Shown one piece after another: positions 1-11,580 of a DNA stretch of 64,000 bases. The notes under the pieces are model-generated. The model saw only the letters and a program-made list of their open reading frames with translations, had not been told where the DNA came from and did not search any database. The DNA lies in NCBI RefSeq assembly GCF_003918875.1, contig NW_025767651.1:310001-374000 (forward strand), in the 5' to 3' direction. The translations under genes and the position numbers were made by a program. The stretch's first letter is position 1; each line of letters begins with the position of its first letter. This stretch comes from Haliotis rubra (lineage: Eukaryota).

Positions 1-221
1 TTGGCAATTGTACATGCACAGATGACGTAAACACAGTACACTGACTTCCACCTGACCAATGCTTGTTTTAAATGCTTCAGGGAAAATGGTTCATCCCCTC
101 TCAGTTCTCGTTCTAACAATGTTTACGTCTGGTTTTGAGGTGCTGACAGCTTTATTTGTTTCCTGAGATAGTTTGGATTTTCATACCCTACTTTCAGATA
201 CTTCTGATTAAGCGGCTATTT

Positions 222-383
222 GAGTAAGTGAGTTGGGTTTTATGCCGCTTTTAGCAATATTCCAGCAATATCACGGCGGGGGACACCAGAAATGGGTTTG
301 ACGAGCTGTACCCTTGTGGGGAATCGAACCCAGGTCTTCGGCGTGACGAGCGAACGTTTTAACCACTAGTCTTCCCCACCGCC
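222..383 (-). mobile_element. SINE family A copy
   Basis: Reverse complement of the family A consensus. Confidence 0.85.
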
Positions 384-435
384 ATTTAAGAGGTTAAAAT
401 GAGCAATGGTGGCCGACTATATTAATCTTGTGATC

Positions 436-680
436 AGTGAGTGAGTGCGTTTAGTTTTACGGCGCACTCAGCAATATTCCAGCTACATGCCGGCTGTTTG
501 TAAATAATCGAGTCTGGACCAGACAATCCAGTGATCAACAGCATGAGCATCGATCTGTGCAATTGGGATATGATGACATGTGTCAACCCAGTCAGCGAGT
601 CTGACCACCCGATCCCGTTTTTCGCCTCTTCCGACAAGCATGGGTTACTGAAGATCAATTCTAGCCCGGATCTTCACGGG
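436..680 (-). mobile_element. Family B copy
   Basis: Full-length reverse-complement match. Confidence 0.88.
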
Positions 681-779
681 AAGAAGTGTATGAGACACCT
701 CAAAGACAGATACAGCATTCAGTGAGAAGACGTCTTCAGTCTGGCGTCCTGGTTGGTGATGCCAACACACGATACTGAC

Positions 780-1950
780 GTCATCACCTGTTTCGGTATC
801 CTTATTTTTCCAATTGAGAGCTATCCGAATTGCCCACCCGTGCAACTGTCATGAGACAGACAGGCCTAGGTGTGGTCGACCACGGGTGACAACGCCCAGT
901 GATGACAATTCATCTGAGAAGTCGTTTTGTGACCGCGACAGCAACTACAGTAAGAAAACATGGTATTCGAACACGTCGACAGTAGATAGATAGTAATCCT
1001 TATTTAAAGTTTTATGTTGGGACAATACAATATCAGTCTCATGGCCACTAAATTTCAGCCAATTTCTCACCATGAGGCTTCACAGGTTTAAAGTAACAGA
1101 GGTTTTTTGTAGGATGTAATCTTCGTGACCACCATAAGATAAAAATTGTACCTCCAGTGTCACCAAAAGGGTTTTAAAATGAACGAACCTATTCAGTATA
1201 GTGCGTTTGGCTCAAAAGCGGACCGATGAATTGCAATCTTACTCGAAAACTAATAAACATATAACACTCAACGCTGATCATAATCAAAACATCAGACCAA
1301 CTCTGTGATTTGTGTGCAGAATTTATGTCCTAAAATTAAAAAAGTTGTTGAACAAACTATCATTAAAATATTGACACAGTTCACTATTTTGCACGAGGGA
1401 GGAGTGCAAAGAAAGGGACAGCCAGATGTGCGAGAAAGGATGGAGATGGCACAGCACAGGTTAATGAATCATTAACTTGGTGGGCACTTGTGCACGTGCT
1501 TCTCTAACACCTGGTTGTCCCTTTCTCTGCACTCCTCCCTCATAACAAATAGTGAACTGATAGATCGACAAATCAGAAGACTATCAGCGCCACCTCAGCA
1601 ACTGGAACAATGTGTCCTACAGGAATGGCAACGGATCACGTCTTACGTCATCAATGTGTTTTGGCATGTATTGAAGCCACTGGTGGTCACACTCACTATT
1701 GATTCGACATTTGATGATATTTTGCAGAATAAAATCCCACCTTGTTGATTTGTGTACAAGTTCAGACTATGATACCACGTGTCTTTCAGTGTCAGCCAAA
1801 CTGTACGTCCGACTTTGTATGAAATGAAACTGTGTACTTTTCCTGTAGAATTGAATACTCTATTGAAATTAAACAGATGTTCATTTATAAATGTTTTTCT
1901 TTTCTTTCCAAGTTCAAGCACACTGTATACTTTCTTTTGAGCGCTAGTTT
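780..1950 (+). mobile_element. Decayed Tc1/mariner transposon remnant
   Basis: ~850-950 reads DRPRCGRPRVTTPSDD...RSRFVTATAT (Tc1 N-terminal motif). ~1550-1702 reads ELIDRQIRR..LEQCVLQEWQRI and CIEATGGHTHY* (Tc1 C-terminus). Frameshifted and internally deleted. Confidence 0.7.
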
Positions 1951-2377
1951 ATTTGACAGCTATTCATAAATACTGATAATATTTAGTAGTAAGATTAACT
2001 CTGCCGTTAGTATCGATTTTTGTCCTGGAATTTTCTGTTGCTAATTAAGCCCACGAATCACTTTGTTATGTCGGCTTCATTGGAAAATAACATTATCTAA
2101 ATACCGTTTGTCCTGATATTTCACTGCTACCATCACTTTCATTCCGAGATAAAAATGAAAATCGATAAAAGTATCAAGGTCTAAAATCCCGTTCCCGTTT
2201 GCTTTCAGTTCATTTAAAAACTTTCACATTCCAGAACGTCTCAGACAGATATCATTCCCGGTCGACGCTACTGGAACTGAAGATGATAAAAATGTCCAAA
2301 AAATGTACATAAACTTCAGTCTAGCTGGAACAGAAGACAGATTAATTGGCGTTCGTTCGTGGCTTGGCAAGTTTAAG

Positions 2378-2663
2378 ATGAACATCATGAAGGCGTGGAT
2401 GGTGATTCTCTCAGTCGCTGAAGCTCTATGTGATAGTTTCAACATCGCTGATAACTTTAAACGGCTGGACATGGCAGGCGTACGCCAAACATCAGCGAGA
2501 AGCTTGCCTGTAGATAGTGTAACGGCCTGTTGTGTCTTCTGTTCAAGATTTCACTGGTGTTGGGCTTTAACCTACCATGGTAATACATGTCACATGTACG
2601 CAGGTGCAATTAGCCCTGGAACCAGTTTGTGCCTCAGCTCTGAACACTTCAGGAAAATGAAAG
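2378..2663 (+). CDS. Secreted PAN-EGF/EB-PAN protein, coding exon 1 (signal peptide + PAN/Apple domain)
   Basis: MNIMKAWMVILSVAEA leader, then PAN-type Cys spacing (ACCVFCSRFHWCWALTYHGNTCHMY). Ends at donor AAG|gtaaga (2664), phase 1. An in-frame upstream ATG at 2303 is an alternative start. Confidence 0.8.
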
Positions 2664-3160
2664 GTAAGACTTGTCTTGTGTATAGTCTTTAAGCCTTTGT
2701 AGTGTGGGATTAAGTGAGACTTGTGTTGTGTATGGCCATTGAGCCTTTGTAGTGTGGGATTAAGTATGACTTGTCATCTGTATGGCCATTCAGGCTTTGT
2801 AGTGTGGGATTAGTGAGGCTTGTCTTCTATATGTTCTTTAAGCCTTTGTAGTGTGGGATTAAGTGTGACTTGTCTTGTGTATGGTCTTAAAGCCTTTGTA
2901 GTGTGAGATTAAGGGAGACTTGTCTTGTGTATGGTCTTAAAGCCTTTGTAGTGTGAGATTAAGGGAGACTTGTCTTGTGTATGGTCTTAAAGCCTTTGTA
3001 GTGTGAGATTAAGGGAGACTTGTCTTGTGTATGGTCTTTAAGCCTTTGTAGTGTGAGATTAAGGGAGACTTGACTTGTGTATGGTCTTTAAGCCTTTGTA
3101 GTGTGAGATTAAGGGAGACTTGACTTGTGTATGGCCATTTAGCCTTTGTAGTATAAAAAT
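2664..3160. repeat. Minisatellite, 50-bp unit x ~10
   Basis: g(t/g)gagacttgtcttgtgtatggtctttaagcctttgtagtgtgggattaa. Confidence 0.95.
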
Positions 3161-3524
3161 TAAGAGTGTGGGTGAATAAGATCTAACAGCCTTGAACAGC
3201 AGTTGTTTGTTTGTTGTTTGATGCTGTCATTTCAAAATGACAAGCTCAATGTTGACGCATTATTCGCTTTTGTGTGTGGCATTTTGGATCAGTTAGAACG
3301 TTTTACTGTAATATCTTCCTCAGAATGCGAATGCTCTAGCGTCCATCGTTTCTATTTCTTTACTTCTAAACTCACAATTGAGTGAACCTATAAACCTCAA
3401 ATATGATGCGAACCCTATAACCCTGTGAGAAGTAAGTAATGCCAGAGTTAGGCAAATAGGCCGTTGCTTGGACCGCGGGTATATTTTGACCATTTTGACT
3501 AGTTACGCCCCTCAATAGCGGGTA

Positions 3525-4010
3525 ATAATGATAATAATAATTGAGTTATAGAGCGTCTATTTCCAAACGATATTGCTCAATGGCGCTATAAAGCGAGACG
3601 ATTGTAGACAATGTCTATGGAAAAGAAAGTTTGTAAAGATGAGTTTTGAGGGGAGTTTTGAAAGCGTCAGCAGATTCTATTTCTTTTAGGGCGAGTGGTA
3701 GAATGTTCCAGAGATAGGGGGCTGCAGCAGAGAAAGCTCTTGATCCCATGGCTGTTTTGACGTGAGCCCGTATAAGCAGTAGGGAGGTTGACAAGCGGAG
3801 CAATCGGCTTGGAACATGGAGATGAACGAGGCTTTTAAGATATTGAGAAAACTTGTTTTCATAGATGCAGCTGTGTGTACGAAGAAGTTTGAATTCTGCT
3901 TGATACAGGAAGCCAGTGAAGAATTTGGAGGATAGGTGTTACAGTTTGGTAGCGTGGTGCACGAACAACAACAAGGGCGGCTGAATTGTGAATCCGCTGG
4001 AGTTTTACAG
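3525..4010 (-). mobile_element. L2/Crack/Daphne-type LINE 3' fragment
   Basis: GSRAFSAAAPYLWNILPLALKEIESADAFKTPLKTHLY* is the typical ORF2 end; followed by a short 3' UTR and (ATT)n tail. Confidence 0.8.
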
Positions 4011-4712
4011 TGTTTTATATGTAAGATAAGATGATATAAGTTGTGGCCATATCACGAGGTTAATGTACCCTCTGTGTTGCAGTGTATGAACTGCCTTCGT
4101 GTTTTGTGTTAGTCACCTGTAAAATCCTTCGAAATTTATGTCTTGTTCATTTTCTGCGAGGTATTCTTTTAAAATTGTGCTGAGGGACCATTCGCAAAGC
4201 GTCATTCATCGTATACGTAATACAAAAGCGGACCACACTTCTCTAAAAATAAATAGCCATTTCGATCAACAGTACAAATTGTCAGCCCTCAGGGAAGCTA
4301 CCATATAATATATTCCAAAAAATTACGTTACAACATTGACTTGGAAAGTTTGAATGAATTAATGCAACGTTGCATTAAATCAACTCAACTCTCGCGCCCT
4401 CTACCGACCGAACGTTATTTCAAGCGAACCCCTTAGAGTTAAGTCCCTTGGAGCGCTGTTTACGAATAACCTTTAAACGTTTGGTGATTGACACCAGTTC
4501 ATCAAACATCGACAACACCGCGTGCTACAGTTTCGATGTACGGCTGTACATTCCATATATGGCAATTGTTCTCTGTTTGGAAGGTGTTTGCCTCGTAGTT
4601 TCAGCAAGTCGATAATAAGTCTTTTACTGCATCAATAGAAAGCTAACGTAGGTCTATGAGAAACTTCAGGTTTATAGAATAACGCTCGAGCTGACGTGTT
4701 TGTCTTATACAG

Positions 4713-4838
4713 GTCACATAGGAGCTGACTGTGCTGGAGACGGCGACTGTGGTGTCATGAAGTCAGTGTGTTACTACGGCACGTGTCGCTGCGTGCCCGG
4801 CTACAGCTTCAACCCCGGTGACGACACCTGCCTCCGAC
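4713..4838 (+). CDS. PAN-EGF/EB-PAN protein, coding exon 2 (EB/EGF-like module)
   Basis: Acceptor cttatacag|, donor C|gtacgt, phase 1-1. Encodes GHIGADCAGDGDCGVMKSVCYYGTCRCVPGYSFNPGDDTCLR with 6 Cys. Confidence 0.85.
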
Positions 4839-5014
4839 GTACGTTTCCTCCTCATGTCACAGAAGAATCTGTCTCTACAGATTTGAACGAAAATCCCAAT
4901 AAGTATACTCACCATTCCCAGGATTAAGTTTTAAGACTAATGTTGTTTTCAGTGGGAAATACACAAAAATCAACAATAATGATTATTGTCACCTTCGCTC
5001 ATCCCTCATCTCAT

Positions 5015-5670
5015 CCCATCGCCTCCATCCGTCACACACATTCCATCTCTACCATCCGTCACACACATTCCATCTCTACCATCCGTCACACACATTCCAT
5101 CTCTACCATCCGTCACACACATTCCATCTCTACCATCCGTCACACACATTCCATCTCTACCATCCGTCACACACATTCCATCTCTACCATCCGTCACACA
5201 CATTCCATCTCTACCATCCGTCACACACATTCCATCTCTACCATCCGTCACACACATTCCATCTCTACCATCCGTCACACACATTCCATCTCCACCATCC
5301 GTCGCACACATTCCATCTCTACCATCCGTCACACACATTCCATCTCTACCATCCGTCACACACATTCCATCTCTACCATCCGTCACACTAATCCCATCCC
5401 CTTCAAATTTCACCCTCATTCCATCTCCTCCATCTTTCACCCTCACCCCATCTCCTCCATTTTTCACCCTCATCCCGTCTCCTCCATCTTCCGCCCTGAT
5501 CCCGAATTCTTCCATCTTCCGCCCTCATCCCGTCTCCTCCATCTTTCACCCCCATCCCATCTCCTCCATGTTTTACCCTCATCCGACTCTCATCTCATTT
5601 CCTCCATTTTTCACCTTCACCCCATCTCCAGCATTTTTCACCCTCACGCCATCTCCTCCTTCCGCCACAC
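5015..5670. repeat. Minisatellite, 27-bp unit (~14 near-perfect plus ~10 degenerate copies)
   Basis: ccatccgtcacacacattccatctcta, grading into ccatctcctccatctttcaccctcatc. Confidence 0.95.
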
Positions 5671-5703
5671 TCTCACATTTCCTCAGTCTTTCAAATTCAA
5701 CTC

Positions 5704-5875
5704 CAGGACGGTCGGGTAGTCTAGTGGTTAAAGCGTTGGCTCGTCACGCCGAAGACCCGGGTTCGAATCCCCACATGGGTACAATATGTGAAGCCCATTT
5801 CTGGTGTCCCCCTCCGTGACGTTGCTGGAATATTGCTAAAAGCGGCGTAAAACCAAAACCCAGTCAGTCAGCCAG
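5704..5875 (+). mobile_element. SINE family A copy
   Basis: 13-bp TSD tcaaattcaactc (5691-5703 and 5876-5888). Confidence 0.9.
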
Positions 5876-6011
5876 TCAAATTCAACTCAAATTTTGTATT
5901 CTTTTCGTATCGTTCTTACTTAGTAAGAACAACCGTTTTGTAGGGCGGAAGGATCCGTTACTCGTGTCGCTCGTATAGAAGTTTTTTAAAACTGGACTTA
6001 TTTTATTTCAG

Positions 6012-6277
6012 ATTGCGCGAGGTACGGGAACAGCATGTCGTCCTACCCAGGACTTGGGATAACTGAACACAATTTAAGAGCCAAGAAAAACACGGCCATG
6101 CAAGAATGTGTGAAGGAGTGTGTGTTTGAGAAGAATTTCTTGTGCGTGAGTGCAGATACGTATAGTAATGATGAATCATGTAACTTGCAAGGCGTCGGCT
6201 ACCTTGAGGTACACAAACGCAGTCGTGAAACGGGGCAAACTAACTGGACATATCTACACCGAGACTGCGCCATGTAG
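6012..6277 (+). CDS. PAN-EGF/EB-PAN protein, coding exon 3 (second PAN/Apple domain, stop)
   Basis: Acceptor ttttatttcag|, phase 1. HCARYGNSMSSYPG...ECVKECVFEKNFLCVSADTYSNDESCNL...WTYLHRDCAM*, a typical PAN/Apple pattern. Spliced CDS is 286+126+266=678 nt, 225 aa. Confidence 0.85.
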
Positions 6278-6705
6278 GAACATCTTGCCTGTTCTGACAG
6301 ACAGGTGTAGGAACTTCTTGCCTGTTCTGACAGACAGGTGTAGGAACATCTTGCCTGTTCTGACAGACAGTTGTAGGAACATCTTGCCTGTTCTGACAGA
6401 CAGTTGTTGGAACATCTTGCCTGTTCTGACAGACAGGTGTAGGAACTTCTTGCCTGTTCTGACAGACAGGTGTAGGAACATCTTGCCCGTTCTGACAGAC
6501 AGGTGTAGGAACGTCTTGCCTGTTCTGACAGACAGGTGTAGGAACATATTGCTCATGTATTGATGTGACACAGGTATGTAGGAACATCTTGCTCATGTGT
6601 TGATGTGACACAGATATGTAGGAACATCTTGCTCATGTGTTGATGTGACACAGATATGTAGGAACATATTGCTCATGTGACATAATGTGACACAGATATG
6701 TGGTA
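6273..6705. repeat. Minisatellite, 33-bp unit x8 then 40-bp variant x4
   Basis: tgtaggaacatcttgcctgttctgacagacagg. Confidence 0.95.
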
Positions 6706-7140
6706 ACATTGTATAATTTTCATTAGCTTATGAGCCAATTTACATTCCTAAAACAATCCTCCATTGCACAGTGGTGTCAGACAAGTCACAAGAAAGTTAA
6801 TAGTTTCAGCCATGACCGCGTCATACTAGAAGACAGAAAAAATGAAACCTGGCTCGGCATTAAAGGGAAGACATGTGCGTGTCTGCTCCAAGCCAATATT
6901 AAACTTGCGAATCTATTTATAGAGCGTATATATCATGGTATCTAAGGGGATTATCATTTTTAAAACGGCCTATATCCGGAAAACTATTAGCATCCAGACA
7001 TTTACACATACGCACACATGCACGGACGTCACTGTGTAAGAGAAGTACACTCGAACACGACATTCAACACCAGTTTACATCAACTCAACGCCCTTTCTTC
7101 CGATATAAAACGCATAACAAGGAAAGGAATGAACAATTAA

Positions 7141-7146
7141 TTTATT
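7141..7146 (-). promoter_or_regulatory. Candidate polyadenylation signal of the calponin-like gene
   Basis: AATAAA on the minus strand ~630 nt past the stop; a second one lies near 7208. Confidence 0.4.
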
Positions 7147-7771
7147 CAATCACAAAATTCATCTGAACCACGTGTAACATCTATAAAGATTTTTTTTCAG
7201 ACGTTGTTTTATTTTCAAAATCTTCAGTAAGATGACAGCATTTGGAGTGCAATGATGTCTCATCTTTGCCATTTTCCGTGAAACAAATAAATTAAATATG
7301 CACTGACATAGATGAACAACAATGGCGGTGACGTCATCATTGAAGGACCCGGATGAGCACATAGCAACAATCCAACAGTCCTGTTTTAAAGGGAGACAAG
7401 TGTGTATAATACAGTTGTGGACGGGAATAGAGTGCTGTGTGCTACAGGAGAACCACCGAGGAAAAGAAACGCTGAGGAAGATCGTATCCCATCATTCCAT
7501 TGATGCAGTTTTTCGCTAACATTTACAGCATTATAATTTTATGTACAAACTTGTCACTTGATCTATTGAGCATTGGGATAATAACGGCGCATTTACAAAG
7601 GAATAGCTTGCTATATATTTCTAAAAATTAAGTTCAACATAATTTGTCGAAAAGCAAAACGTAGCCTAACCACTCTGTAGTTTCGTTCGATGGCGTTGTT
7701 AGTTATTCCGTATAGAATTCATTCTCTGTCGTAATGCAGTTAACCTTTCAAAGTCCTCAGAGCAAGGGAGA

Positions 7772-8656
7772 TTACTTAGTAATGTCACGGCGTCCGCCAT
7801 AGGACATTCCCTGCTGGTTAGCTCCCTTTGTTGAACCGTACTGCAGGTTAATTGTAGCCTTGGAAGCCTGGGACATGTCATCAACAGCAATATCAGCCAC
7901 GTGCCTCTGTCCGCCCATGGACATTCCTGACTGGGAAGCTCCTTTGTTGCTTCCTGCTTGAAGACCAATCATGGTTTGTCCTTCCTTTGACATGCCATCA
8001 GCTCTAATGTCAGCAATATGACGAACTGAACCCATGGCCATACCAGATTGTGAAGCACCTTTGTTGCTACCAGCTTGAAGGCCGATCATGGTCTGGCCTT
8101 CTCGTGACATGTCATCAGCTCTGATGTCAGCAATGTGACGAACAGCACCCATGGCCATACCAGATTGTGAAGCACCTTTGTTGCTACCAGCTTGAAGGCC
8201 GATCATGGTCTGGCCTTCTCGGGACATGTCATCAGCTCTGATGTCAGCAATGTGACGAACGGAACCCATGGACATACCAGCTTGTGAAGCATGTTTGTTG
8301 CTACCAGCTTGAAGGCCGATCATGGTCTGGCCTTCCTTTGACATGTCATCAGCTCTGATGTCAGCAATGTGACGAACAGCACCCATGGACATACCAGACT
8401 GAGAGGCGCACTTGTTGGTGCCTGCCTGAAGACCGATCATGCCCTGGCTACTCTTGTCCATGTCGTCCACCTTGATGTCAGCAATGTGACGACCAGCACC
8501 CATGGACATGCCAGACTGGGAGGCGCACTTGTTTGTGCCAGCCTGAAGACCGATGATGGCCTGTCCTGCCTTCAGCTGTTCTTCAGTGAAGTGGTACTCG
8601 ATTTTCTCAGATGGCTTGGGTCCACAAGCAGGTCCGTTGTATTGACATCTCTGAGC
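7772..8656 (-). CDS. Calponin-like protein, coding exon 5 (7 calponin/CLIK repeats, stop)
   Basis: Acceptor gctgtttcag|. GPKPSEK..FTEEQLKAG then 7 x IGLQAG(T/S)NK.ASQ.GM.MG..RH at a 40-aa period. Spliced CDS is 1308 nt, 435 aa. Confidence 0.96.
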   Translation of the reverse strand, partial: AQRCQYNGPACGPKPSEKIEYHFTEEQLKAGQAIIGLQAGTNKCASQSGMSMGAGRHIADIKVDDMDKSSQGMIGLQAGTNKCASQSGMSMGAVRHIADIRADDMSKEGQTMIGLQAGSNKHASQAGMSMGSVRHIADIRADDMSREGQTMIGLQAGSNKGASQSGMAMGAVRHIADIRADDMSREGQTMIGLQAGSNKGASQSGMAMGSVRHIADIRADGMSKEGQTMIGLQAGSNKGASQSGMSMGGQRHVADIAVDDMSQASKATINLQYGSTKGANQQGMSYGGRRDITK

Positions 8657-9191
8657 CTGAAACAGCAACATGAGAATGTTGAAAAACATCGTACATTTAT
8701 AATGATGCATGAGTTGGACTTACCACTTCACATCATTTCAATTAAATCACTACACAGCAACTTATGATGTGCTTGATTGTTCATCACATCCAGCAATGTT
8801 TCAGCTGCATGACAGAAGTCATAAGTAAAAAATCTGGCCACAATCAGACGCGTGCATCAGTCCATGCAACTGGACATGAAAATGACATCAACCATGTCAG
8901 CGAGCCTGACAACCGATCCTGTTGTAGCCTCCTTTGACAAACATGGGTTGCTGAAGATCTAGCCCGAATCTTCATGAGGAGCAAGCAATGAAGGCAGGAA
9001 AAACACACACACACAAACATTAGTAATTACATATAGTGACATTAGGTATTTCAGATAGTAGTAACCATTGATCCCATGACCTGCAAGAAGACATTACTCT
9101 TTGGTGGACAATCCGATATCTGTTTGGGGAAGATTGGCCCAAACATTGCAGTGCCAAATCCAATTGCTCGGTGGCATCTATTGTAGCTCAC

Positions 9192-9329
9192 CTCGGTGCC
9201 AACTTGAAGAACTGTTGAGATAACCATGGCCATGTTGCGACCTTCATACAAGTCGTTTGTCTGGAAGAGACTGTTCGATGGAACTCCGAATGCCTCTGCC
9301 CCCTTCAGGAAGACCTCAATGTTCTCCAT
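9192..9329 (-). CDS. Calponin-like protein, coding exon 4 (CH domain C-part)
   Basis: Acceptor cctttcag|. MENIEVFLKGAEAFGVPSNSLFQTNDLYEGRNMAMVISTVLQVGTE carries the MENI..FL...GV...LFQT.DLYE signature. Donor |gtgagc. Confidence 0.95.
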
Positions 9330-9968
9330 CTGAAAGGGAAGCACAAATGTCAGGACAAGAGTTCAACGTTCGAGTCTTCGAGGGTAGCCATTATGTGGTC
9401 ATTTAGTAAACGTTTTGAACTGCATTTGCCCGTTGTATCACGGTGTGCTGGTCTAATGTGGGAAGAAGAACCGAAATGATTCAGGTATGAAGCATTTGGC
9501 ACTTTGGTGGAACTCGCTTGCAAGGGCATGATGCTAGAAGAGCAGGACACCTAAGGACAGGAGCCAACGAGTGATTGATTGTTCGATCATTAGTCACTGG
9601 AAACCCGCAGGTATACTAAGCCTACAGTGAGATCCGGCGCCTTATACGTGGGCCGTGCCAAGAAAGATCTACTACCATTAGGACGGAGAGTTACTGCTTG
9701 GTGCTGCTACTGAAAGCTCGTTATCACTCTAATCAGTTTATTACCGCCTTGGTATGGTAAATTCAGAACGTGCGTTTGGACCTCATTTGGGACACCTTTG
9801 AGAGATTTGTCGCATCTTTCAGCTATGCAAAACGGAAATATGAGAGTACGCTTGTATTGCTATGGAAGGTTTAGGGTATGCAATCAAAGTACAGGTACTA
9901 ATGACGGTATGTCTCCAAGTTTCAAGGTGCAGGGAGCTACCTATGATTTCAACCCAGAGAACAGCATG

Positions 9969-10445
9969 GATTGAGTTTTCTGATACAGATGGACCTGTCA
10001 TTCTACAAAGCAAAAGAGTATCGAATTGAGTTTTCTGATACACATGAGCATGTCATTTTACAAAGCAGAATAGTATCGAATTGGGTTTTCTGATACAGAT
10101 GGACCTGTCATTCTATAAGGAAAAAAGTATCGAATTGAGATTTCTAATACAGATTTGCCTGTGATTCTAGAAAGCAAAAAAGTATTGAATTGAATTTTCT
10201 AATACAGGTGGACCTGTCATTCTAGAAAGCAAAAAGTATCGAATTGAGTTTTCTAATGCAGATGGATCATGCTAGAAAGCAAAAGAGCATCGAATTAAGT
10301 TTTCTGATACAGATGGACCTGTCATGTTAGAAAGCAAAAACGTATCGAATTGAGTTTTCTAATACAGATGGACCTGTCATTCTACAAATCAAAACAGAAT
10401 CGAATTGAGTTTTCTGATACGGATGGACCTGTCATTATACACAGC
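9969..10445. repeat. Minisatellite, ~55-bp unit x ~8.5
   Basis: gaattgagttttctgatacagatggacctgtcattctacaaagcaaaagagtatc. Confidence 0.93.
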
Positions 10446-11075
10446 ATATGAAGCAATACACAACTGCTCATTCTTTACAAATGTCTTTTATTATGACTGG
10501 TTTTTTTTATACCGCCATGGTCCCGAGCAAAATGTTGACTAAAACATCAGAAGTGATAGATCATAGGGTTTGTTGTCAATTTTGCATAAATCATAGGGTT
10601 TGTTGTCGATTTTGCATAAATCAGACTAATAAGTTATCAAATGATTCAAGGACGTTTGGTTTCAGTGCCGTTTTGAACAGTGCAGCTATATCATGAACAC
10701 GAGCTTATAATGGGAACAACGTGAGAAGTGATAAACCTAGGAGAAAAGGCGTTAAGTTGACAAATCAATGAACATTATTAGGCAGAATCTTGGATTCAAA
10801 CCTTCGGTTATACGTTCCTGGCTCGCAAAAGGAAAGCAACTCTACACCGAGAACAAATGATAACTCATTTAAAAGGTAACACTTTACGATATGTCATTCA
10901 TATACATATAGCCTAGAATATTTTTTCTCTTGTCGTTAGGGTGCACACAAAGTGCAAGAAATTGACATGAAATCCTTAAATCCAAAAAATGTCACTGAGA
11001 TACCAAAAATATGAAAATAAGAGAGTACATTGCTAACAAACTGTGCTATTGCTTTTGGAGAATAATAGTACAGAA

Positions 11076-11580
11076 ACATTTATGATAAACACCACTGGGT
11101 CGACTTTTGATGTGTCGAACAACATTTATGATGAAGACCACTGGGTCGACTATTGATGTGTCGAGCATCATTATGATAAACACCACTGGGTCGACTATTG
11201 ATGTGTCGAGCATCATATTGATAAACACCACTGGGTCGACTATTGATGTGTCGAACATCATTTATGATAAATACCACTGGGTCGACTATTGATATGTCGA
11301 ACATCATTTATGATAAACACCACTGGGTCGACTATTGATATGTCGAACATCATTTATGATAAACACCACTGGGTCGACTATTGATGTGCCGAACATCATT
11401 TATGATAAATACCACTGGGTCGACTATTGATGTGTCGAACAACATTATAATAACCATCACTGGGTCGACTATTGATGTGTCGAACATCATTTATGATAAA
11501 CGCCACTGGGTCGACTATTGATGTGTCGAACACCATACATGATAAACACCACTGGAACGATTATTGATGTGTCGAACACA
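11076..11580. repeat. Minisatellite, 46-bp unit x ~11
   Basis: atttatgataaacaccactgggtcgactattgatgtgtcgaacatc. Confidence 0.95.

Noticed and set aside
531-725. Recurrent short ORFs (MINSMSIDL.., MLMLLITGLSGPD.., MGFTHCTH.., MNTPLRHIILTPS..)
   Set aside because: Translations of SINE A, B and C copies, not a gene family.
4940-5819. Long ORFs (259, 277 and 169 aa) with repetitive peptides
   Set aside because: Open frames produced by the 27-bp minisatellite inside intron 2; no splice or domain support.
9350-9550. Minus-strand 66-codon ORF behind a good acceptor (cctgtccttag), a possible alternative calponin exon
   Set aside because: No CH similarity and it stops before exon 4. It could only be a poison exon, which the sequence alone cannot support.
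11076-11580. Regular repeats with an internal palindrome, superficially CRISPR-like
   Set aside because: Head-to-tail units without unique spacers, no cas genes, eukaryotic intron.
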